A DNA stretch of 64,000 nucleotides from Mobula hypostoma (lineage: Eukaryota): positions 54,066,001 through 54,130,000 of the forward strand of contig NC_086097.1 of the NCBI RefSeq assembly GCF_963921235.1. Direction: 5' to 3'. The notes under the pieces are model-generated. The model was not told the DNA's origin. It saw nothing but the letters and a program-made list of their open reading frames with translations, and ran no database searches. Shown here in pieces: positions 49,918-61,289 of the stretch. The position numbers and the translations under genes are program-made. The number at the start of each line of letters is the position of its first letter. Positions within the stretch are counted from its first letter, which is position 1.

Positions 49918-51345
49918 ATCATAGAGTCATAGAAAAGTACAGCCAATCTAGTCTGTGCCAAACCATTTAAGCTGCCTCCTCCCATCAACCTGCACCAGGA
50001 CCATCGCCCTCCATACCCCTACTACCCAGGTACCTATTCAAATTTCGTCTCAACGTTGAAATCGAGCTCCCATGCACCACTTGTACTGGCAGTTCATTCC
50101 ACACTCTCAAGACCCTCTGAGTGAAGAAGTTTCTCCTCATGTTCTCCTTAAAATGTTCACCTTTCACCCTTAACCCATGACCTCGGGTTGTAGTCCCACC
50201 CAACCTCAGTGGAAAAAGGCTGCTTGGATTTACCCTATCTATACCGTACATTATTTTGTATACCTCTATCAAATCTCCTCTCAAGCTTCTACGTTCCAAG
50301 GTTAAAATCATAACCTATTCAATCTTTCCCTATAACTCAGGTCCTCCAGAGCCAGCAACATCCTTGTAAGTTTTCTCCGTACTCTTTCAACCTGATTTAC
50401 ATCTTTCCCGTAGGCTGTTAACCAAAACTGCACACAATATTCCAAATTAGGCCTCACCAGTATCTTATAGAACTTCAACATAACATACCATCTCCTGCAC
50501 TCAGTACTTGGATTCATGAAGGCCAATGTGTCAAAAACTTTCTTTACGACCCTACCTACCTGTGAACCTACTTTCTACCACACTCCTCATTGCTTTACCG
50601 TTCACTGTGTAAGACCTACCTTGGTTGGTCCTACCGAAGTGTAATACCTCACACTTGTCTGCATGAAATTCCATCTGCCATTTTTCAGCCCATTTTCCCA
50701 GCTGGTGCACATCCCGCAGCAAGCCACGACTGCCTTCCTCACTGTCCACTACACCCCCATTCTTGGTGTCATCCACAAATTTGCTGATCCAGTTAACCGC
50801 ATTATCATCCAGATGACAATGTTGTATGGTTGATATAGATGACAAACACCAACAAACCCAGCACCAATCCACTAGTCAGTCCTCCAGTCAGGGAGGCAGC
50901 CACCTACTATCACTCTCTGGCTTCTCCACAAAGCCATTGTCTAATCCAGTTTACTACCTCATCTTAAGTGCTAAACAACTGAACCTTCTTAACCAACCTC
51001 CCATGAAGGACCTTGTCAAGTGCCTTGCTAAGGTCCATGTAGACAAAATCCACTGCCTTGCCTTCGTGAACTTCCCTGGTAACTTCCACAGCAAACTCGA
51101 CATGCTTGGTTAGACATGGCCTACCACGCATGAAGCCATGCTGACTATCCTTAATTGGTCTATGGCTATCCAAATACTTATATATCTGGTCCCTCAGAGT
51201 AGCTCCAATACTTTTCCCACTACTGGTGTCAGACTCACTGACCTATAATTTCCTGGTTTATTTTTAGAGCCTTTCTTGAATAGTGGAACAACGTTGGCTA
51301 TCCTCCAATCCTCTAGTACCTCACCTGTCAATAAGGATGATTTCA
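49918..51345 (-). mobile_element. Decayed CR1 LINE RT and 3' part
   Basis: ORFs with EDWRIANVVPLFKKG, SQHGF, FVDDTK, LVRPNLEYCVQFW and TRGH. Confidence 0.93.
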
Positions 51346-52247
51346 CCAGTCTACCAGCCGCAGATGCAAGTAAACATAACAGAGATGGTATCTGAGACTT
51401 TTTTGAGTTTGCTGAAAGGCCCTCAAACTGAAATATTAATTTGATGCTGCTCCTGGCTGGCTGCATGGTTCCTGAATGCTCAGCTTTTATTCTAGATGGC
51501 TGGCATCTTCATTGCTTTGATTTTTTACTTCAGCATTGGTAGCGATGATCACAGCACATTTGCTGTGACAACTAAATCTCACCATTTCCTAGAGAGTACT
51601 CTTCACCATGTTGTATGGTATATCAGTGCTCTCAATGTCTCAGAATAGAAATGGCAATTTAAAATTGGGCATCGAGGAAGCGCTCTGAACATCAATCAAG
51701 TTTTGCACCAACCTTGCTTTGATGAGGAATGTGGATCTGCATCCTGGTAGCAGCACCAAGTATAACTAAATTCTAGGAGATAACCTGAAGGAGCTGCATG
51801 CTAAACAGCAAAATCAACAGGGCTGACTAACAGTTATATCATTATAGAGTAATATAGCTCAGAAACAAGTCCTTAGGACCAGCTCATCCAGGCTCACCAA
51901 GATGCCCATCTAAGCTTGTCCCATTTGCCTGCCTTTGGTCCAAATCCCTCTAAATCTTTCCTATCCATGTACCTGCCCTCAGGAAAGGGAATGCAGAAGT
52001 CCGTGAGCCAGTCCTCATCAGAAGATCAGAAGTGGCGAAAGTCAGCAACTTCAAATACCTCAGTGTTACAATTTCAGAGGACCTGTATGGGCCCAGTATG
52101 TAAGTGCAATTACTAAGAAAGCACAGCAGTGCCTCATATTTCCTTAGGAGTTTGCGAAGATTCAGCTCACAAACTTCTATAGATGTGTAGTGGAGAATAT
52201 ATTGACAGGCTGCATCATCACCCAGTATGGGAAACAGCAATGCTTTG

Positions 52248-53286
52248 TGTTACATACCTCGTGGGTATCTTGTGACTATCTCATGAGCATGATGTAATGG
52301 TCTTGTGGAGGTCACCTGATGTAATTTTCCCACCAGTGTGAGGTCACATGATGACCTGTTCTCAACAGGTATATAAAGGGAAACCCTGTTGTGATTCAGT
52401 CAGTTTTTCAGTTAGTTTTGTGTTAGTTCGTCGGTCACTCCGTTATGCTGCATATTTGTCATAAGTCTTAACTCTTGACCAAGGGTTGAGAGTAAATGAA
52501 CGGTTTATTGTAAACATCTTTCATTTGTATATGAACAGAGAGTCAATGCATAACTTTTATTGTAAATAACTTTATTGAATAAGGACTCAGAGTCAACGAA
52601 TGTTTTTTTCTTATATGTAAATAACTTTATTTTGTAATAACTCTGAATAAAGTATTTTTGGAGAAAAAAAATTTGTCTCATGGCGCAGTTTTGTTTTAAA
52701 ACGGAGTTTTTCTTTCTATTTTGAGGTGGAAAGATTAGTGCTGGCAGTTTCGCCAATTGCTGCCAGGTTTGTGTGTTGCATCTATAATTTTTCCTTTACA
52801 GTAGTATTGGAGAATAAAGGCCTTACAAAAGTACAGGAACCTGAAGGATCGAATAAAGTTGGAGTCGTTTGGTGGTTTTATAAAGGATCGACCTTATTGA
52901 GTCTTCATTCAGAAATAGTGACATGCATCTGAGATAACTCCTGCAAGAGCAGAGAAGTTTGTGCAGTGTTCACTCGCCAGAAAAAGGTCAGTTCCTTCAA
53001 GCCGTTTTATTTCCTTCGTCGTGAATCCTTTGGAGAATCAGTGGTAACATCACATCTTCGAAGAAATCTGTTTCCAGAGAAGTCTCTACTTATTGACTGT
53101 GTAAATCATTTGGATTTTCAAATTTACCCTTTAAGAACTGTTCCAGAGCTGCCGTATAGCAGTTAACTTCTGGTTAAGTTAGTTGCTTAAATATTTTTCC
53201 GCTGTTGTTGAGCAGAGTTTAATAAATGTTTGTTTGTTTATAAAACCTGACTCAATTATATATTCATTGTTGCTGATTACGTAACA
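52248..53286 (+). mobile_element. Gypsy-like solo LTR
   Basis: TGTTACATA...TACGTAACA inverted ends; 4-bp TSD TTTG (52244-52247, 53287-53290); TATATAAA near 52370; AATAAA at 53221. Confidence 0.85.
52461..52670 (+). mobile_element. A-tailed retroposed fragment (L1/Tx1-type 3' end or mRNA 3' UTR)
   Basis: AT-rich, AATAAA then an A-tail; ATTTGTC duplicated at 52454-52460 and 52671-52677. Confidence 0.7.
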
Positions 53287-54024
53287 TTTGAATGGAAAAT
53301 CCTATAAAAAGTAGTGGATTTGACCCAGTATATCATGAGTAAAACCCTCTGAACAATTGAGGACATTTAGATGAAATGCTGTTGTAGGAAAGCAGTATCG
53401 ATTATGTGGGGTCCCCACTACCCAGGTTGTACTCTCTTGTCGCTGCTGCATTCAGGTAGAAGGTACAAGATGATGGAGCACAACCAGGTTGAAGAATAGT
53501 TAATACCATTCAACCATCAGGCTCTTGAACAAAAGAGGATAACTACACTCACTTGCCCTTCCAAAGACATGCTCCCACAATCAATGATCTCACTTTAAGG
53601 ACTCTTTATCTATTTATCTCAAGTTCTTGTTATTTATTGTTATTTAATTATATTTGCAGTTGAACAGTCTGCTGTCTTCTGCACTCTGGTTGATCTTTTA
53701 TAGTTACTATTCTATAGATTTGCTGAGAATGCCCACAAGAAAATGAACCTCCGAGTTGTTTTATGGTGACAGATACGTACTCTGATAACAAAATGTACTT
53801 TGAACGTTTTAACTTTGAAGTACCAAATAGTCATTAATAAACCACCCATCAATGCCTATTTTGGGTCCTGGCTCCAAATCTCATTAAAACCTTGGCCAAA
53901 ACAGGGACCGAAGAGCTGAAATCCACAGTTGTAAAGAAGTGAGTGACTCTTTTTGATATTAAAGCAGCATTAAGGCAGCAGTTGACTGAGTATGTCACTA
54001 GTTTAATTCGTTAATGGAGTTTAC

Positions 54025-54227
54025 TATGGTTAAGTGCAATGTTTGCATTTTGGGAAGTAAAACAAGGGTTGGAGTTTCATAGTGAATGGTAAGGCATTAG
54101 CGAGCATCGTAAAACAGAAGAACCTCAAAGTGCAAATGCATGGTTTCCTGAATATGGTATTACAGGTAGACAGAGTGGTGATGAAGGCTTTTGGCATGCT
54201 GGCCTTCAATAGTCAGGGCATCGAGTA
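54025..54227 (+). mobile_element. CR1 internal fragment
   Basis: HFG...VNGKAL...KAFGMLAF...IEY motifs. Confidence 0.75.
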
Positions 54228-57200
54228 TAGAAACATAGAAACGTAGAAACGTAGAAAATAGCTGCAGGAGTAGGCCATTCGGCCCTTCGAGCCTGCACCG
54301 CCATTCAGTACGATCATGGCTGATCATCCAACTCAGAACCCTGTACCTGACTTCTCTCCATACCCCCTGATCTCTTTAGCCACAAGGGCCATATCTAGCT
54401 CCCTCTTAAATATACCCAATGAACTGGCCTCAACTGCTTCCTGTGGCAGAGAATTCCACAGATTCACCACTCTCTGTGTGAAGAAGTTTTTCCTCATCTC
54501 GGTTCTAAAAGGCTTCCCCTTTATCCTCAAACTGTGACCCCTCGTTCTGGACTTCCTCAACATCGGGAACAATCTTCCTGCATCTGGCCTGTCCAATCCC
54601 TTTAGAATTTTATACGTTTCAATCAGATCCCCCCTCAATCTTCTAAATTCCGGAGAGTATAAGCCTAGTCGATCCAGTCTTTCATCATATGAAAGTTCTG
54701 CCATCCCAGGAATCAATCTAGTGAACCTCCTTTGTACTCCCTCTACGGAAAGAATGTCTTTCCTCAGATCAGGGGACCAAAACTGCACACAATACTCCAG
54801 ATCTTGGTCTCACCAAGGCCTTGTACAACTGCAGTAGTACCTCCCTGCTCCTGTACTTGAATCCTCTTGCTATGAATGCCAGCATACCATTCGCCTTTTT
54901 CACTGCCTGCTGTACCTGCATGCCCACTTTCAATGACTGGTGTACAATGACACCCAGGTCTCGTTGCACCTCCCCTTTTCCTAATCGGCTGCCATTCAGA
55001 TAATAATCTGTTTTCCTTTTCTTGCCACCAAAGTGGATAACCTCACATTTATCCACATTAAATTGCATCTGCCATGAATTTGCCCACTCACCTAACCTAT
55101 CCAAGTCACCCTGCATCCTCTTAGCATCTTCCTCACAGCTAACACTGCCGCCCAGCTTCATGTCATCTGCAAACTTGGAGGTGCTGCATTTAATTCCCTC
55201 GTCTAAGTCATTAATATATGTTGTAAACAACTGGGGTCCCAGCACTGAGCCTTGCGGTACCCCACTAGTCACTGCCTTCCATTCTAAAAAGGTCCTGCTT
55301 ATTCCCACTCTTTGCTTCCTGTGTGCCAACCAATTCTCTATACACATCAATACCATACCCCCAATACCGTGTGCTTTAAGTTTGCACACTAATCTCCTGT
55401 GTGGGACCTTGTCAAAAGCCTTTTGAAAATCCAAATATACCACATCCACTGGTTCTCCCCAATCCACTCTACTAGTTACATCCTCAAAAAATTCTATGAG
55501 ATTCGTCAGACATGATTTTCCTTTCACAAATCCATGCTGACTTTGTCCGATGATTTCACCGCTTTCCAAATGTGCTGTTATCACATCTTTGATAACTGAC
55601 TCTAGCATTTTCCCCACCACCGATGTCAGGCTTACCGATCTATAATTCCCCGGTTTCTCTCTCCCTCCTTTTTTAAAAAGCGGGGTTACATTAGCCACCC
55701 TCCAATCCTCAGGAACTAATCCAGAATCTAAAGAGTTTTGAAAAATTATCACTAAGGCATCCACTATTTCTTGGGCTACTTCCTTAAGCACTCTGGGATG
55801 CAGACCATCTGGCCCTGGGGATTTATCTGCCTTCAATCCCTTCAATTACCTAACACCACTTCCCTACTAACATGTATTTCCCTCAGTTCCTCCATCTCAC
55901 TAGACCCTTGGTCCCCTACTATTTCCTTAAGATTATTTATGTCCTCCTTAGTGAAGATAGAACCAAAGTAGTTATTCAATTGCTCTGCCATGTCCTTATT
56001 CCCCATGATCAATTCACCTGTTTCTGACTGTAAGGGACCTACATTTGTCTTAACTAATCTTTTTCTTTTCACATATCTATAAAAGCTTTTACAGTCAGTT
56101 TTTATGTTCCCTGCCAGCTTTCTCTCGTAATCTTTTTTCTTTTTCTTAATTAAGCCCTTTGTCCTCCTCTGCTGGACTCTGAATTTCTCCCAGTCCTCAG
56201 GTGTGCTCCTTTTTCTGGCTAATTTGTATGTTTCTTCTTTGGAATTGATACTATCCTTAATTTCCCTTGTCAGCCACGGGTGCACTACCTTCCCTGGTTT
56301 ATTCTTTTGCCAAACTGGGATGAACAATTGTTGTAGTTCATCCATGCAATCTTTAAATGCTTGCCATTGCATATCCACCGTTAACCCTTTACGTATCATT
56401 TGCCAGTCTATCTTAGCTAATTCACATCTCATACCTTCAACGTTACCCTTCTTTAAGTTCAGAACCTTTGTTTCTGAATTAACTATATCACTCTCCATCT
56501 TAATGAAGAATTCCACCATATTATGGTCACTCTTATCCATGAGGCCTCGCACGACAAGATTGCTAACTAACCCTTCCTCATTGCTCAATACCCAGTCTAG
56601 AATGGCCTGCTCTCTAGTTGGTTCCTCGACATGTTGGTTCAGAAAACCATCCCGCATACATTCCAAGAAATCCTCTTCCTCAGCACCCTTACCAATTTGG
56701 TTCACCCAATCTATATGTAGATTGAAGTCACCCATTATAACTGCTGTTCCTTTATTGCATGCATTTCAAATTTCCTGTTTAATGCCATCCCCAACCTCAC
56801 TACTACTGTTAGGTGGCCTGTACACAACTCCCACCAGCGTTTTCTGCCCCTTAGTGTTATGCAGCTCTACCCATATCGATTCCACATCCTCCCGGCTAAT
56901 GTCCTTCCTTTCTATTGCGTTAATCTCCTCTCTAACCAGCAATGCCACCTCACCTCCTTTTCTTTCATGTCTATCCCTCCTGAATAATGAATATCCCTGA
57001 ATGTTGAGCTCCCATCCTTGGTCACCCTGGAGCCATGTCTCTGTGATCTCAACTATATCATATTCATTAATAACTATCCGCACATTCAATTCATCCACCT
57101 TGTTACGAATGCTCCTTGCATTGACACACAAAGCCTTCAGGCTTGCTTTTACAACACTCTTAGCCCTTATACAATTATGTTGAAAAGTGGCCCTTTTTGA

Positions 57201-58080
57201 TTTCTGCCCTGGGTTTGCCTGCCTGCCACTTTTACTTTTCACCTGACTACTTTTTGCTTCTACCCTCATTTTACACCCCTCTGTCTCTCTGCACTGGTTC
57301 CCAACCCCCTGTTGCGAACTAACCTCCTCTCTCCTAGTCTCTTTAATTTGATTCCCACCCCCAACCATTCTAGTTTAAAGTCACCTCAGTAGCCCTCGCA
57401 AATCTCCCCGCCAGGATATTGGTCCCCCTAGGATTCAAGTGTAACCCGTCCTTTTTGTACAGGTCACACCTACGCCAAAAGAGGTCCCAATGATCCAAAA
57501 ACTTGAATCCCTGCCCCCTGCTCCAATCCCTCAGCCACGCATTTATCCTCCACCTCATTGCATTTCTACTCTCATTGTCGCGTGGCACAGGCAGTAATCC
57601 GAGATTACTACCTTTGCGGTCCTTTTTCTCAACTCTCTTCCTAACTCCCTATATTCTCCTTTCAGGACCTCTTCCCTTTTCCTACCTATGTCATTGGTAC
57701 CTATATGTACCACGACCTCTGGCTCTTCACCCTCCCACTTCAGGATATCTTGGACACGATCAGAAATACCCCGGACCCTGGCACCAGGGAGGCAAACTAC
57801 CATCCGGGTCTCTGGACTGCGTCCACAGAATCGCCTATCTGACCCCCTTACTATCGAGTCCCCTATTTCAACTGCCCTCCTCTTCCTTTCCCTACCCTTC
57901 TGAGCTACAGGGCCGGACGCTGTGCCGGAGGCACGGCCAGTGTCACTTCCCCCAAGTAAGCTGTCCCCCCCAGCAATACTCAAACAGGAGTACCTATTTT
58001 CAAGGGGCACAGCCACCGGGGTACTCTCTATTACCTGACTCTTCCCCTTCCCCCTCCTAACCGTGACCCACTTGTCTGCA
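54228..58080 (-). mobile_element. Young near full-length CR1 LINE (ORF1 SGNH esterase plus ORF2 APE-RT) with a few frameshifts
   Basis: ORF1: IGDSIVRG, CLPGA, VVVHIGTND, DGLHLN. ORF2: NARSIRNK, ITETWL, YRPP, GDFN, SDHN and RT motifs. (TTCTACGT)n tail. Confidence 0.97.
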
Positions 58081-58302
58081 TCGATGCAGATACAGTTCCG
58101 ATGCTCATACAGCTGGCCCAGTAACAAAGTTGAATTGCTGTAGGCACCATAGGGAGAAGTTGGTGCCCGGGCAGAGGAGACTCGATTCCAGGTGCAAAGT
58201 TGGATCATTCTGGGCGCTGAGCTCATTTGAAGAGCTTGACAGTGGCTTCAGGCCTGGCGATGAAATCTGGGCCTGGAGCAAGTCACAGAGCAGCATGGTC
58301 TA

Positions 58303-60312
58303 GACCTCATCCCGTTTTTTACCTATATCGTTGGTACCTATGTGCACCACGACCACTGGCTGTTCACCCTCCCACTCCAGAGTGTCCTGCAGCCGCTCAG
58401 AGACATCCTTGACCCTTGCACCAGGGAGGCAATATACCCTCCTAGAGTCTCGTTTGTGGCCGCAGAAATGCCTATCTATTCCCCTTACAATCGAATCCCC
58501 TATCACTATAGCTCTCCCACTCTTTTTCTTTCCCTCCTGTGCCGCAGAGCCGCCCATGGTGCCATGAACTGGGCTGCAGCTGTCTTCCCCTGATGAGACA
58601 TCTCCCCCAACAGTATCCAAAACAGTATATCTGTTTAGGAGGGAGATGACCTCAGGGGACTCCTGCACGACCTGCCTACTGCTACGCTGTTTAGTGACCA
58701 CCCATTCCCTTTCTGCCTGTGTAGCCTTTACCTGCGGTGTGGCCAACTCACTGAACATGCTATTCACGACTTTCTCAGCATCGCGGATGCTCCAGTGTGA
58801 ATCCAATTGCATCTCTGCCTTAAATACACCCAGTGACTTGGCCTCCAGAGCTGCTAGTGGCAACAAATTCCACAGATTTACCACCCTCTGACTAAAGTGA
58901 TTTCTCTGCATCTCAGTTCTAAATGAACGTCCTTCAATCCTGAAGTCGTGCTTTCTTGTCCTAGACTCCCCTACCGTAGGAAATAATATAAACTGTTCAG
59001 GCCTCTTAACATTTGGAAAGTTTCTATGAGATCCCCCCTCATTCACCTGAACTCCAGGGAATACAGCCCAAAAGCTACCAGACGTTCCTCATATGGTGAC
59101 ACTTTCATTCCTGGAATCATTCTCGTGAATCTTCTCTGAACCCTCTCCAATGTCAGTATATCCTTTCTAAAATAAGGAGCCTAAAATTGCACACAATATT
59201 CCAAGTGAGGTCTCACGAGTGTTTTGTAAAGCCTCAACATCACATCCCTGCTCTTATGTTCTATACCTCTAGAAATGAATGCCAACATTGCATTTGTCTT
59301 CTTCACAACTGACTCAACCTGGAGGTTAACCCTTAGGGTATCCTGCACAAGGACTCCCAAGTCCCTTTGCATCTCTGCATTTTGAATTCTCTCCCCACCT
59401 AAATAATAGTCCGCCCGTTTATTTCTTCCACCAAAGTACATGAACATACACTTTCCAACATTATATTTCATTTGCCACTTCTTTGCCCATTCCTCTAAAC
59501 TACTGCATCTAAATCTCTCTGCAGGCTCTCTGTTTCCTCAACACTACCCACTCCTCTATCTAGCTTTGTATCATTGGCAAATTTAGCCACAAATCCATTA
59601 ATACCGTAGTCCAAATCATTGACAAACATCGTAAAAAGCAGCAGTCCCAACACCGAACCCTGTGGAACTCCACTGTAACCAGCAACCAGCCAGAATAGGA
59701 TCCCTTTATTCCCACTCTGTTTTTTGCCGATCAGCCAGTGCTCCACCCATGCTAGTAACTTCTCTGTAACTCCATGGGCTCCTATCTTGCTAAGCAGCCT
59801 TCTGTGCGGCACCCGGTCAAAGGCCTTCTGAAAATCCAAGTACACCACATCTACTACATCACCTTTTTGTAACTTCCTCAAAAATTGTGGTAGGTTAGTC
59901 AGGCAGGATTTTCCTTTCAGAAAACTATGCTGGTTTTGACCTACTTTGTCATGTGCCTCCAGGTACTCAGTAATCTCATCCCTAACAATCGATTCCAACA
60001 GCTTCCCAACCACTGATGTCAGGCCAACAGGTCTACAGTTTCCTTTCTGCTGCCTCCCACCCTTTATAAATAGTGGAGTAACATTTGCAATTTTCCAGTC
60101 ATCCAGTACAATGCCAGAATCTATCGATTCTTGAAAGATCATTGTTAATGCCTCCACAATCTCTCCAGCTACTTCCTTCAGAACCCGAGGGTGCATTCTA
60201 TCAGATCCAGGAGATTTATCTACCCTCAGATCATTAAACTTCCAGAGCACCTTCTTACTCGTAATTTTCACTGCACAAACCTCACTTCCCTGACACTCTC
60301 GAATGTCCTGTA
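58303..60312 (-). mobile_element. Second CR1 subfamily: ORF2 RT part (60312-58812) joined to an ORF1 esterase fragment (58811-58303)
   Basis: ORFs 59495..60322 and 59181..59471, plus the fused ORF 58300..59046. Confidence 0.9.
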
Positions 60313-60319
60313 TTCTGGA

Positions 60320-60722
60320 CATCAGCGTTAAGAGGCATCACCTCTTGAAGATGTTCCTGATGGTGGGAGGGTTGTGCTCATGGTGGAACTGACTGAGTCT
60401 ATAACCCTTTGATCTTGTGCGATAGGACCACCATACTAGGCTGTGATACAACCATTCAGAATGCCCTCATCTGTATATCCACAGCAATTTGTAGGAGTCT
60501 TCGGTAACATACCAAATCTCTTCAAACTCCTGACAAAGTAGAGCCACTGGTGTGCCTGCTTCATGATTGTGTTGGGCCTAGGGTAGATGCTCTGGGGTGC
60601 TGACACACAGAAACTTGAAGCTGCTCACCCTTTCCACCACTGACCCCTCAATGAGGTCTGGTGCACATCCTCCCAAATTCCTCTTCCTGAAATCCACAAT
60701 TGGTCCCCTGGGCTCGCTGATG
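60320..60722 (-). mobile_element. Decayed Rex1 fragment
   Basis: IVDFRKR and SSFKFL motifs on the minus strand. Confidence 0.7.
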
Positions 60723-61289
60723 CCCTGGTAAAACTGTGGTCAACTGACTTCAATGACAATGGTTGGACTCACATAAAAGTTGATGGTTGTGACTGTTGGA
60801 GGTCACACACACATAGTGTCAAGCACCATTCCTGTCACACAACTACCAGGCAATGACCGAATCTAACCACCTATCCCTGATCGTCAATGGCACAACTAGA
60901 GCTGAACCCAACACCATCAGCATCCATGTGGTCACCACTGACCAGAAAATCAACGAACTCAGACAATGCTTACGTGAGCATGTCAGAGGCTTGGCAGCAT
61001 CTCATAAGAGTAATCCAACAATTGAAGACTCAGTCTTTCCGCCAAGACAAGTTATGTGATGGAAAGCAACCGACTTGCCTGATGAGTGCATTTCCAGCAA
61101 CACAAAACGATTGAAGTTCAAGTTCAGATCTATTGCCATCTGACTGTATGTATATACAGTCAGACATGTGACCATGGTGCAGCCACAAAACATTCATCAC
61201 ACACAGCACATAAAAAAGTTAATAAAATATAGTAAAATATAATAAAACACAGGTAAACAATAAACAGCTTGCTGTCCTAGATAGGTAGA

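Larger units (their letters stand above)
51976..53820 (+). mobile_element. Rex1/Babar 3' part split by a solo LTR
   Basis: NFYRCVVENILTGCIITQYGK before the LTR. Resumes at 53287 and ends TGATAACAAAATGTACTTTGAAC. Confidence 0.85.

Noticed and set aside
29520..57000. Long ORFs antisense to CR1 ORF2 (29520..30080, 55022..55426, 56203..57000)
   Set aside because: They are shadow frames of the LINE coding strand.
57370..58080. Host SGNH esterase gene
   Set aside because: It lies directly upstream of CR1 ORF2; esterase domains are an established part of CR1 ORF1.
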